Of a stretch of 64,000 nt of DNA, positions 1 to 12,800 are shown piece by piece. Numbering within the stretch: the first letter of the stretch is position 1; the number at the start of each line of letters is the position of its first letter. The notes beneath the pieces were generated by a model. That model had not been told where the DNA came from and searched no databases. It saw only the letters and a list, made by a program, of their open reading frames with translations. Position numbers and translations under genes: made by a program. Source of the DNA: Balanoglossus misakiensis (lineage: Eukaryota; Animalia; Hemichordata); the NCBI GenBank assembly GCA_040954595.2, contig CM082598.2, positions 744,001 to 808,000 on the forward strand, read 5' to 3'.

Positions 1-98
1 ATCCAACACGATAAAGACCCAACAAGTTCAGGAGGATACAGATCATTGGCCAATTAAGTCCCAGTTATTTGAATATAAGCAGAACCAGATGTACTCAC

Positions 99-3000
99 CG
101 TGTTTACATTGTGGTTCATAATAATATTCTGCGCTTCATTTGCATAAACGTGAGTTGAATATTGTCCACTGTACTCTTGGACCACAATATCATCATTTCT
201 TCTGAAATCCCACCCATTGAATGGACCTGTACTGATATTATGGCTGTAGTAATCTTCCATAGCTTGGTAAAAACCTGTCAAATGTTGAATTTACAGGATA
301 AGCTCTTAAATTGCAAGAGAAAAGTACTAAATATCAATCATGGAACTAGTAGACCAATTTATGAGATTTCTGTTTGAACAAACCATTCTAAACCACAGCT
401 TTCTGTCAAAGTAACCATTTTAAACCACAGGTATCTACGATAGTATAACCATTCTGAACCAATATATCTCACATTATGCCTACTCTAAACCCAAACCAGT
501 ATACTTGAGAAAACTTAAATGCCCCACGTTTTGGTAAGGGGTTGAACCAAAGCAACCTCAGTCAACTTCAAAAACCATTTACTAACCAACTATCCTACCA
601 CCAGGGTTTAAACAGTATGCTTGGTGTTTTTTTACTCACCGAGAAAATTGTCAAAACCACGATGGTTTGGTAAGCATTCCTTCCTATAAAATCCTAGGTG
701 CCATTTTCCAACCATATTTGTTGAGTAGCCATATTCTTTGAGTTTCTGTGGCAGTGTGATCTCATTGAATGGAAGACATAGTGGTTGCATCATCAATATT
801 GTCCCATGTTGTAAACCAGTATGGATCTGGTAAAAGATGAATGATGAAATGTTATACATTCATCACTTGCTTTATAGAAAGGGAAAGTTTACACTTGGTG
901 ATTTATGTGGTCAACATTTTCTACTGTATAAAATGATGCATTCATAATTGTGACAACTTCCAGGCAGAAAGTGCTACAGATCAGGTTGCATGGACATATT
1001 GCCTCTCTTAATTGTAACATCAGTCCTGTCCAGACTATCAGATTGACAGATGTTGTAAAAGCTGTGTATACAAAATCCAACTGCTTCTGTCCATTCTGTC
1101 AGATGTTTACACATTTGCTGACACTTTGAATATGTGTCATAATGGTATCTGAAGCAGAACCTTTATGGATCTTAAAATTGGCCAAATCTCTTGTTTTCCC
1201 CTTTTATGTGCAATGGTGAAGATGTGTTGTTTTAACAGCAAGGACTATGTGATCTATAACTATTTGTCATAAGTTTTGTCACATTTTTATGTATCGCCAG
1301 CCTAATTTCGACATATGAAATAATTTCTTCAATCAGAATACATATGCATGTCTAGGTGCCTGTGCAGAATGGGTATTTAATTGCATAGCAGTTGGTGGAC
1401 ACACAGCTGGTACATGAGTTACAATGTGCAGTGCAAATACTCAATGTACATAATATTTGAATTATCTGGTGATTGATGCAATGCTTTATTTTTTTAGTCA
1501 TCTTTATTTTGATACAAATGTGGATCTGATCATGACTACCTTGACTCTAATACCCATGCTGTAACCATTAAAATGAAATGATAATTTGATAAAAAATATC
1601 ACTGATAAAAAGGAAACAATAATTTAATATCACAGATCATATCTTGATGAAGAATTCTAAATATACTGATTTTCTGTTAGTGGATATTTCAGTTAGGTAA
1701 AAGGGAATTTATGGCAGTGTATAAAACAAACATTATGTCATGGATTTGATGGTTTCAAACAAAATATGTGTCTGATGTGGGATTATAGGAGTTTGAAGTG
1801 TCGTTATCATTGTGTGTATACTCCATTAAATTTCAGTAATTGACTCCTTAATGACACTAGTCCATTTGAGAGTTCAGTATGCATATTGGCTGACCATGAG
1901 GGCAAGGTTTACCTGGATAGTATGAAACTCTGGTATAAAATTCTTGTCTAAGGTCAAATTCAATGTCATTTACATAATCTTTCAATTCTCTTCAAACAGG
2001 GAAATTGTAGTTGGTGCGCAAAACTGATAAAAAACTTTGTTTTGTGTTTTTCAGAGTCATGTTCGAGCTGTTCATCTTCTACAGGCAAGGAGACACTACT
2101 AACCAAAATTCTGCATCTGCATTTTATTGTTGGTAAGTGAAACTACTTTCTGTTCAAATGTTGGCATTCACATCAATATGCCCTTGTGAATCTAAATCCC
2201 ATATTCAAAAAGTATTAACACACAGATTGTGGTGTATCCAGGTGATACATACTTCTAACCACTTAACTAGTGAACACAAAATAGGCCTCATTCAGGATAA
2301 AATCAAGATTTATTGAGTAGTCATATTTCATATCCATGAATATTTCTTTTAGAATTGCCCCATAATTAAGCTGGTGTATTTCAATTTTACAACTGCGTGT
2401 AATATATAAATATATAAAAGTGCTAAATAAATTATGATGCATTCTGTCCGCATCTCTGACCCGGCATCGCTACAATAAGTACAGCAGCTCCATCTGAGGT
2501 TCAATGGTGATGACACTAACATTTGTGAATATGTAAAAACTGATGTAAAAATAGTTGAATATTTGATATCAAGGACTTCACTAAGCTGATGACGAGCGTC
2601 GGTCAACATGTGGCAATGAACGCAAAAAGATTCATTGTTCCATCTGTGTTGTTTATACACCAGATTTTCGTCAGTCATTCTCATCACGGTCACCATATAG
2701 GCCGTGTTCTCACCAATCCTGCACTGACATTTTTGACAAACACAAGCTATTTCACTAGTGCAAGTTGCACCAGGTATTACTACAGATGCTACTGTTTTAG
2801 GATGAACATAAACCGAGCTGAAAACTGCTAGTTTTCCACTGCCTGTTAAAGTTGCAAATGATATAACATCGTGGATATGCATCCTGTAGCCATGGTTCCA
2901 ATGTCGCACTGTGTCTCCAATATACATAATGTTCATTTCAGTCAATAGATCTACTTGTCCTCGTTTTTATGTCTTCACGATTAAGTTCACTTTTTAAGCA

Positions 3001-3421
3001 ATGCTTGAGCGATGGTGTTCTTGGTATGCACATGCAATTTTTACAGAGAAATAACCTCATAGATGTAGAAAAATGCATGCACTGGAAGTGAATTTTCTAC
3101 CACCAGTGGTATGAGTTGTTTAATGCATGGTGGAATATGAGTTTTGCATCCGCCAAATCGGCAAAGAACATTATTTACCTCATATCTTCCTGTCAGCAAA
3201 ACACTTCTGGATGGTGTACACAAAGAAGGCATGTAGTAATTTTCCAATTTGACTCCTTGTGAGGCCAGTGCGTCGATATTCGGTGTCTTGACGACGGAAC
3301 CATGGTAACCAATATCATCCCAACCTAGATCGTCGGCCAAGATGAAAATGATGTGCGGTCTTGGCGAAGCTGTTGCTAATGGCAACAAGAGAAGCAGAAG
3401 AAACACACAGGATGTCTTCAT
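99..3421 (-). CDS. Arylsulfatase B/I/J-like sulfatase, paralog 1 (5' part; 3' exons lie beyond the left edge)
   Basis: Exons 3421-3179 (243 nt), 826-640 (187 nt) and 274-99 (176 nt), all GT-AG and in frame. Motifs: signal peptide [33 protein letters not shown], formylglycine motif [19 protein letters not shown] and HRGFD. Confidence 0.93.
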
Positions 3422-4850
3422 CTTTGTCGATCGGGATACATAGTGTCATTATAACCAGTTGCCAAAAACCTCTGACTAAATTCAATGAAGCAATCCTAGG
3501 GGGCCTGTATGTTGTGGACCACGTGAACACGTTCTGTCCGCATCAGCTTGTAGAGATTAAAACCCTTTTGTTCAAGGATTGTGTTTCAGCTTAGAGTTTA
3601 CTCTGTCGGTCAGATACCATCCAATTTTATTAATATCACGAAAACATGAACAACATATTCCACGGAAGTAAGAGACACTTGCAGAGCAAGTTTGAAATGA
3701 ACTTTGAAATTGGATTTCATCATCTGTTTTAGAAACAGCCTCCGGAGTTGGGGGTACAATAAGCTTAGGTTGTGATTTATAGCCTCTGCGTCAAAATACG
3801 TGCAAGAGATTATCAGTAATGCACAACACAGCTGACAATTATGACGTCAGTGTTAAAGAAACAAACAAAAAACACTCCTGATATCGAAAACCATTTAAAA
3901 AAAATAAAATTCTCATTTTTCAAGTTATGAAAATATGTGGAATTATAAATAGTAATTTCAAGCACGTCTGCTGTTGGACTAAAGGCTTGAAGCACTTTTC
4001 TCGTCATCGAGAACTTTTTAAATATCAATACCATTGGATTTCAAGTCGACATCTTCTGCATCAAAAGCTCTCTGATATTTGTTACATAGACTGTTACATT
4101 GGTGCAGTAGAACTTGCGTGTGATTGGTGAAATGACCGTGTGTCTAAACTCAACCCAGCCAATGATATGAGGGAAAAATCTGTTTACACTTGAAGTCAAG
4201 GCAACTGACTTAACTAGACAGCTTCGCAGTCCTGTTTAAAATAAAACCTCTAAACAAACGCCTCCGCATATTAAACCAATAAATAATCTAAACCATGAGA
4301 TGTCCCATTGAAATGGCCTTAATACTTTTACTGTACATGTCCCAGGTTTCAACAGTGTTTTACATGTATAACAAACCTGTGGTGACATATCACCATTGTT
4401 CCATGTTTTTTTATACAGAATATGCAGTAATCTTCTGACAAACAGCAAATTATGAAGAAAAACAAGTTTGTCCGTCCTTCAACCATGTATTAAGTAATAA
4501 TCACTTGTTTATTTACTATAGATCAAATTACGAAAACTACATGATGTTGCATGGGGCACAGCTGAGACGGGAACATGCAGAATATCCAGTTGTCATGGAA
4601 ACTCGTTGACACTTTAAGTAACATAATATGGCTAACCTCACAATTTGCATGAAAATCAGATTTATGAAAACACCATGTTCTGTCACAGCTGGTCACAGAT
4701 GGTGTGATCACATGACACAGTTGGCAAACTGGTCTGGGATAGGATATTTCATTCATCCATTTCATGACCATTATATCGACAACTAGACGAAATTAGTCAG
4801 GTCTATTTAGTATCCTTTGCTTACACCGTTGGGTGTTTTTTTCCACAACC

Positions 4851-7800
4851 ATGAAGACGGACAGATACTGGACATCATTTCTGCTTTCCGTAATTTTTGT
4901 GTCATTTTCTGGTTGTGATGCTATAAACAGACCAGCTAACATCGTTTTCATAATGGCCGACGACATGGGCTGGAATGACATCGGCTATCACAATCCAACC
5001 ATGAAAACACCAAATTTAAACAAATTAGCCGAGGAAGGTGTCAAGTTGCATAGTTATTACATGCCGTCTATATGCACTCCGTCGCGTAGCGTCTTTTTAA
5101 CAGGAAGATATGAGGTAAGTTTACCACGTGACATTTCTACATTTTTTACTTCCACTTACCAGCAGACTCAAATTCACATTTCGTGCTGCTATGACAATGA
5201 CCTTTGCCAATATCATCAAAGACAATACCTAGCAATGACAATGCATTACAGTTGTCATGATTCCCATAACAAATTTTGTATTATACAGTCATTTGTATGG
5301 AAGAAACTACTGCTTCATGCCTCTGGGGCAGTTTAATAATAAGTTAATGATGTAAATATGAACTTAATATGAAATATCGTTGGCAGGGTAACCTGTGAGC
5401 ATTCTAAAACTGGTAGAGATCTATATAAATATTTTGATGGCATGATTAATACAATGATAATTACAACCAGATGTGAATTTAATGAGCTTTAGTGTTTATA
5501 AAATGTAATGTGCTCCAATTAATGTATGTATGTTTATGATCTCATCAACTCAACTTATATCTGATATCCTCTTATATAGATTCGCTATGGATTGCAACAC
5601 GGTGTCTTGGGACACTATCAGCGACGTTGTCTGTCGACTGAAGAGACAACGTTTGCTGAAAAATTGCAACAAAAAGGGTACTCTACTCATCTTGTTGGAA
5701 AGTGGCATCTTGGGTTTTACAAAAATGGTTGTTTACCAAGACAAAGAGGGTTTGACTCGTTTTTTGGTAAGTACATAATTCATATTTTTGTTTTGGATAA
5801 TCTACAGTATATGTATGCAATTATTCCTAAATAATTTCAATTGTGTGATGATAACATTTAGGCGGAAACAAAATACTTTGGCGCATTTTTTGTCATTTTG
5901 TATGTGATGATACGTTTTGCACCCAGCAGTAAATTATAAAATGATTGTCTCTTTAGCATCCAAAACATTTTATGATAAAGAGTTTGACTGTCTTCTGAGA
6001 GTGCAGATGTTCCACTTGCAACCAAACAAACAGGAACGATAAATGCCCGAAGGGCAACTGTTGGATGAATGTGTTGATTGTATCCTGTAATTCGGTTGCA
6101 GTGCGTTTCAGCGGGGATTGAGAACGGCTTACCTTACACTGGTTTAAGCAGGGGGATTATTTTGGAACAGCTGGTCATGCACTGAATGCTTTCTTCTTCA
6201 TCGATTCTAATGCCCTGGATTGAAATATTTGCTGCAGGATTCATGTTTTAAGTCAACATATTTCAGTTGTCTTGCGATTAAATATCCATCCATAGGGTAT
6301 ACATACCAAAATCACTTTAAATATTTACATTGAAGTGACAATATAATGTCTATTTATAAAAGTGTTATTTCATACTGTTTTCCCAATTAGGTTTCTATCT
6401 GGGTGCTGAAGATTATTTCAATCATGACTCAACCATGCAAGGACATCATGGTTATGACTTTAGACGTAACGAGGAAGATGTATCACAAGAATATTTAGGA
6501 CAATATTCAACTCATCTGTTTGCTGCTGAGGCACAGGAGATCATCAGAAACCAAGATCCTAACAAGGTAGTACACTGATCAATTAATGCACATATAAATT
6601 GCACAAGGACTGTAACAAAGTGGCCACTATATACCAAGGTGACCACTATATAGAGCTGGCCACTATATAGAGCTGGCCACTATATAGAGGTGGCCACTAA
6701 CACAAGTTTGACTGTTCTGTAATATATTATTTTCGTTATTTGTTTTTCACACAAATCAAACGAAAAATATTTGTTCTCCATCTCTTTGCAGCCACTGTTT
6801 CTGTTTCTGTCTTTCCAATCTGTCCACATGCCTCTACAAGTACCTGAGAAATATGCTTCCCTCTATGATGGTGTTTATGGTTCCCATGACGACTGGAGGA
6901 CCTATGCGGGCATGGTAACGTGCATGGATGAAGCCATTGGAAACGTTACCCGAACTTTGAAAGAGTCGCCTCTATGGGAAAACACTGTTCTTATCTTCTC
7001 AACAGGTAAACTGCAAAATCAAACTTTAACAGTCATACTCATCTGTGATCATTCGGGTTAATTTGTTGTCATAATAAAATGTTTAGACACTCGTAGTACA
7101 GTGCAGAAAACAATTAAAAACAAAGCAGCAAACGTGCAAGACATATAGTGCAATTCATGACTGATATATATGGACTTGATTTTTTGCAAATTTATGAAGT
7201 GACATCAGGTGTTTTGAAAAGAGTGAGCAAACCATGCACTTCTCACAGACTGCTATATAATTTGTAATGGAAGGCTACATACTGGTATGTTAATGATTTT
7301 CAGATAATGGAGCTGATGCCAAGTTTATTGGCAGCAACTTCCCACTGCGCGGAGCCAAAGCCACGTTGTTTGAAGGCGGTGTCCGTGGTTTAGGATTTGT
7401 CACAAGTCCGTTGTTAAGTCCTGATGTCGTTGGTAAAACCAATAGAGAGCTTCTTCACATGAGTGACTGGTTTCCAACGTTTATGCATCTTGCTGGTGGT
7501 GGTGATACTGCTTTGGATAAACCATTAGATGGCTTGAACCAGTGGGAAACAATTAGGTAATGGTTCTAATAATTCTCTGCCATGTAAATGACTTTTATGC
7601 ATGGTCACTGCCATCTCACAAGACAGAAATGTCAAGTTGGGCACTTTTCCCCCATGATTCACTATACAGTTGATGAAGCACTAGAATGCAACTTCCCCGC
7701 CGCCACTATTTTTGTCTGAGTTTGTAACACTGTGCGAGTAATACATAACGGAAATAGCTTTTCCTGAATAATTAAGCCAACTCAACCCTAGAACACATGT

Positions 7801-8558
7801 GAAAATCAGTCAGACAGAAGTTCCCCTTTAGTACATACACTGAAAGCATAAATTTCTTAAGGCATATTAACCATCCATTGAATATATTATTGTTTGTAAT
7901 TTTAGTGAAGGAAAGAAGTCACCAAGGCAAGAAATCTTACATACAATTGACACCTTAGCGCTGCGTCCAGTGGATCGTGGACGAGAAAAATTCTCAACAA
8001 ATCCTTACTTTGACGTATTTACATTGGCGGCTATAAGACTTGGTGATTGGAAATTACTGACTGGACCATCTGGTAATTAGAATATTCATATCACATGTCA
8101 TTTTGGCATTTATTACCATGGATATTAGTGGTGATCCAACCAATCAAAGGCTTTCAGTGGGTAGCCACATGAAAAATTGTGCCACCATGTGGTCAATTGA
8201 TGACTTGGACACATCATTTTAACTTTATTAGGGCATAAATGGAGAGGTGATTGAAATCCTTTAACAATTGTCTCTTCCTCTTCCAGGTAATGATAGTTGG
8301 ATACCTGCTCCAAATTCAAAATTCAAGCCATTCCACCCACAAAAGTTATACGGCAAAGTTGTACGTCTGTACAACATTGCCAAAGACCCATATGAACGTA
8401 AAGATGTCTCAGATCAAAACCCAGAGATTGTTATTGCATTGTTGAGGAGACTCGGAGAATTCAACAAAGACACCATCAAACCAACATATCCAGGGGTAAT
8501 TGATGTCATCTATGGCAATCCAGATGAACATGGTGGACTTTGGGCACCATGGGGATAA
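4851..8558 (+). CDS. Arylsulfatase B/I/J-like sulfatase, paralog 2, complete, 7 exons, 510 aa
   Basis: Exons 4851-5114, 5580-5766, 6391-6566, 6792-7005, 7304-7556, 7906-8072, 8287-8558 sum to 1533 nt in one frame. Motifs: signal peptide, [65 protein letters not shown] and terminal GLWAPWG. Confidence 0.95.
6618..6715 (+). repeat. Short tandem array, about 17-bp unit GGCCACTATATAGAGCT, about 5 degenerate copies (likely non-autonomous element remnant)
   Basis: Visible repeats in intron 3 of arylsulfatase 2, ending in TTTGACTGT. Confidence 0.75.
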
Positions 8559-9858
8559 TTTGTAGAGCTACCACAGTGAGGGCTATGGAACTAATGTTTA
8601 TATCTATGTTTGGGTTCTTTCCTTTTCACTGTTTATTTGCTTAGTATGAACATCGGTGAATAAACCTCCCACTGAGGCTTATATTTGAGTAATCTAACAA
8701 ACGAGATTACCATGCCACGAAATTGTGTATGAATTATAACCATTACATAATATGGTCTGGGAACCTCTTTATTGAGCATTGTGTATCGGTATACCAGATG
8801 GTGCAACTTAGCAGATGGTGCAACCAAGCAGACAGATAGATTAATGGTCAATCTGAAAAGGTTATTGTGAGTTGTATTGGTGATGGTGATTGCAGATGAC
8901 TCTGATGCATTGTAGGAAGAATGTAGACATCATTGTGAGTACATGTATTACAATACTAGCTCCACCCTAAATACTTAGAAAACAACATGCCCAGTGCCTT
9001 TAAAAACAAATTATTCAAATGGAAACGTTGAAGTGGTCATAGTGGCTCAGAGAAATACATGTAAGAATAGACAAGAAAATATGTGAAATGTGATACACAA
9101 AAGAAAAAGAATTGAACGGGGCATTTATTTTTAATAATAATGTGAATATTTATATGTTATTATTTCAGATGTGTAAATAAATGAACGAATTAAAGTCTGT
9201 GTGTAATATCTAAAGTGTCATCCAATTTGCTGGGATCTTGTGCCAACAATCATCAAGTTTTGCATGTTCAAATGGTTGTATGGGGAAAATCTCTATCACA
9301 GAAATGGAAATGAAGTGATGACATCTCTTTGAAATCATTCAGAGAATATGGACTAAGTAATTTATTTGGCTTCAAGGCTATTGACCCATATGCAGAATAT
9401 GTTTACAATATACCTACAGCTGTTACACAACTTTTGTATTTCATTACAAAACACATGGTTTTGTTGCACAGATGTAACAGTAAAGATCTAAAAACCAGTC
9501 AAAAACAGAAAAGAAATGTTTGCAAAGATGATCAATATTCGAGCTCCAAAGGGCATATGAGGACAAGGTGGTCTATAACACAAAGCTAGAGGGTTTTATC
9601 ATCTATGCCACCTAAGGCTGTAGAAAAAAACACCTATGTTTACCAATATTTAAAGTACGAAGTTTATTGTTTCATAATTATGATAATAATAACATTATAG
9701 GACGTTAATCTAATCAAATGAATGTGCTCTGGTTTACTTTCAGTGAAATTCCAAAAGTTTGAGGGCGATATTTCACTCATGGAGCATTTTACCCAGAACG
9801 AGGCTGTAAAAGGTCGAGGAACTCAGAAAGGGGCAGGGCAACCGACAAGAAAGCAACA

Positions 9859-12800
9859 ATGGCGTCTCCCATGAAACCTCCCGTACAAGCTGGGTTCACT
9901 GCCGAGCCAACAGCTCCTTTTCCGTGGCCAGGAACGAAGAAAGAAGACAGGGACGAGTCTCTGTTTGACAAAATGGCAACGATAGGTCGAAAAAAGAAAG
10001 TGAAAGAGGGTAAGTCATCGATTTTTCAGTCAAAATGTACAACTCTGTGAACGGGACGAAATTGCAGGAAATTCTTCAGACGATAAGTCATATACCACCA
10101 AATATGGTATAAGATGGTGCAGTACATGGCCTAAAATTTATCATAGCTGGGATATATCCGCATACGATGAATTTTGGTCAAGTTTGCGTACAAGTATCAA
10201 CAGACATGTCTCTGTGTTCGTAGCCTGTTCATTTCACATTCCAGCATTCATTCGAATGTAAACAAGTCCCATATATAATCTCAGTCACCCTGTGGTTGAT
10301 GGCTTATCAATCATGGACGTCCCATCGAATCGCAGTTTTTTTAATTTCAAAAACGCACTTAATCCGTTATGACAACATTTACTGACTGGCTATTAAACTG
10401 GCCATCATTTAAACTGTCTAAAACACTTGAGACATGTCTGGACCATCATCCATGAATGGGTCAAGTTACAACCAGTTGTTGGTACAGAGAGAGTTATCAT
10501 CTTTCAAAATCAGTAGTCACAGCTATTTTGGGTGTAGTCCAAAACTATAGTCAATATACATTACAAGAAGACATTTAGGCAAGAGATGACATTTGAGGAA
10601 AAAATTCTAACCTTAAAATATGATATAAAATAATACTCTGTTGCTTGGATACAGTGTTATATGACTCCCCCATACTGACTGAAATCTGAAATGTAAACAT
10701 TGAAAATAAATACTATGATTGATTTCAAGTGGATGTCAGTTATGATTATAAGCTGGTGTACTTTTTCTCAACTTTCACATTTTGATCAAGGGTGGTATCT
10801 GCAACATTTGATATCGTTTCAAAATGTTTGATAAGTATGTTGAGTGTTCAGTATAATATATAGATTTTTGGCACAGTCTCTGTGTGTAAAATGTGTTGTT
10901 ATTGACAGATATGTATTGAGCTTAAAGCAAAATTCCTAATTGAAATTCCACAATTTTCCCAACAGTCTCCGAACTTCAAGAAGATGGCAAGCATGCCATT
11001 GATTCACCTACATCAACACCAGCTGTTTCTCCAGAAATGGCGCCGGATGCATATAATCTTGGTAAGTACTGATCACTTTAGAATGAATTAGTGTCATCCA
11101 AGACTGAAAAACTATTTTATATTACACAAATATTAGATTATAACCTTTCAAAAACAAATGGTCCTGTTGGTATGATGTTATTTGGAATATGAAACATGTT
11201 CCAGAAAACAGCCAACAAAGACTGTGAAAATTTGTGAGAATTACTGATTGTTGGTGGCCTATCATTCTTATGAAGAGTAGATTTACTTTGCAGCTTGCTA
11301 TGGTTTCTCTGATTGTTAATGATTTAGTTTGATTTGATTTCAGAGGAGAATGAAGAAAGATCAATTATTGAGATTGAATCACGGGATGACTATAAACTTC
11401 AAGAGTTAATAACAGTAAGTAAAAGCCTATCAAATGATCTGAGAGGTTGGCTCATTAATCCAGTCGCCTATCTGTGATTGGCCTTTTAATTCTGTAAGTG
11501 ACCCATTGATCCTTCTTGTGGTTTGACAATGAAACGTTGATGATACTAGGCCCGTTAAACTGTCTGTGATTGGTCCAGTGAACCAGGCCTTTGATAGGGC
11601 AATGAAGTCCAAACTGTAATTGTTCTCCGATACCTTGTCAGTGATTGGTTGGTTTCAATCTTGTTCGTGTTGTTACAGGTGCTCCTTGATTGGATCAATG
11701 AAGAGCTGCAAGGCCACAGGATTATTGTCAAGGATATCGAAGAAGATTTGTTTGATGGACAAGTACTTGGCAAACTTTTAGGTAAGGAGATTAATTCTCT
11801 TCACATCTTGGAAATTCAGAAACATTGATTTTTTGCCACAATGTTGAAAAATCTATGTATGTATTAGAGTAGTGATTGCTATCATAAGAATTATTGCCAT
11901 GGTTGCAACGCCAGTTTCCATGCCATGGTTACGATGTTGGTGTCTATGGTTACACATCTGCCTGCCATGGCTACTGCACTGATTACCATAGCTACTGTAT
12001 TGTCATGACTACAGGATTGGTTGCAGCATCACAATGCAATCAGAAGAAAGTCAAAGGTTATAGGTTTTGTTGTACATTCACTGCATTATTTCATTCATCA
12101 AGATTATTAGGCTTTTTATTATTGGTATCCTAATGAATGTGTGATGTCTTTCAACAGAAAAACTTGCACATATTAAACTGGAAGTTGCCGAGGTAACACA
12201 GTCAGAGGCTGGACAAAAGAAGAAGTTGAAAGCAGTGTTGGACGAAGTCAATAGAATATTAAATCTACCAAGATGGCACCAACAGAAATGGAGTGTAGAC
12301 AGTGAGTTTCCAATCAGAACTAATCAAAGAGACTGTAGCTTCTGGCTGTTTTTTTAAGTGTTCATATCCTGTCAACAGCTATCTGTTGTTGAACTCAAAA
12401 ATGCATAATGAAATGTCCAGTTCATTGCTAGCTGATCAATACACCTTATATGTCTAAAGTTATTCTCGTCATTGTTGAACATTCAACTGAAATCCAGCTC
12501 ATTTCAAATGCATCAATAGTGAATAATATGCAGAGACTAATAGATGTGTTATGGATTTCCTACCAGGCATCCATTCTAAAAATTTGATTGCGATTCTTCA
12601 TCTACTGGTGGCCTTGGCGTTTCACTTCAAAGCTCCAATCAGAATCCCAGAACATGTTGCTGTACAGGTGGTAGTTTTGCAGGTATGTTTTTTTTTTATT
12701 GTGGATAGTCTGTAGTTTTATATTTAAAGGGAGGGGGTCGTCGCGCCACGTGGGTGTCCCCCTTGATGAGAATATGCCCTCCCATACCAGTGCAAACCCC

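Noticed and set aside
2349-2945. 198-aa minus-strand ORF (and overlapping 80-aa plus ORF)
   Set aside because: Lies in intron 1 of arylsulfatase 1, has a non-ATG start and shows no recognisable domain; most likely a chance ORF.
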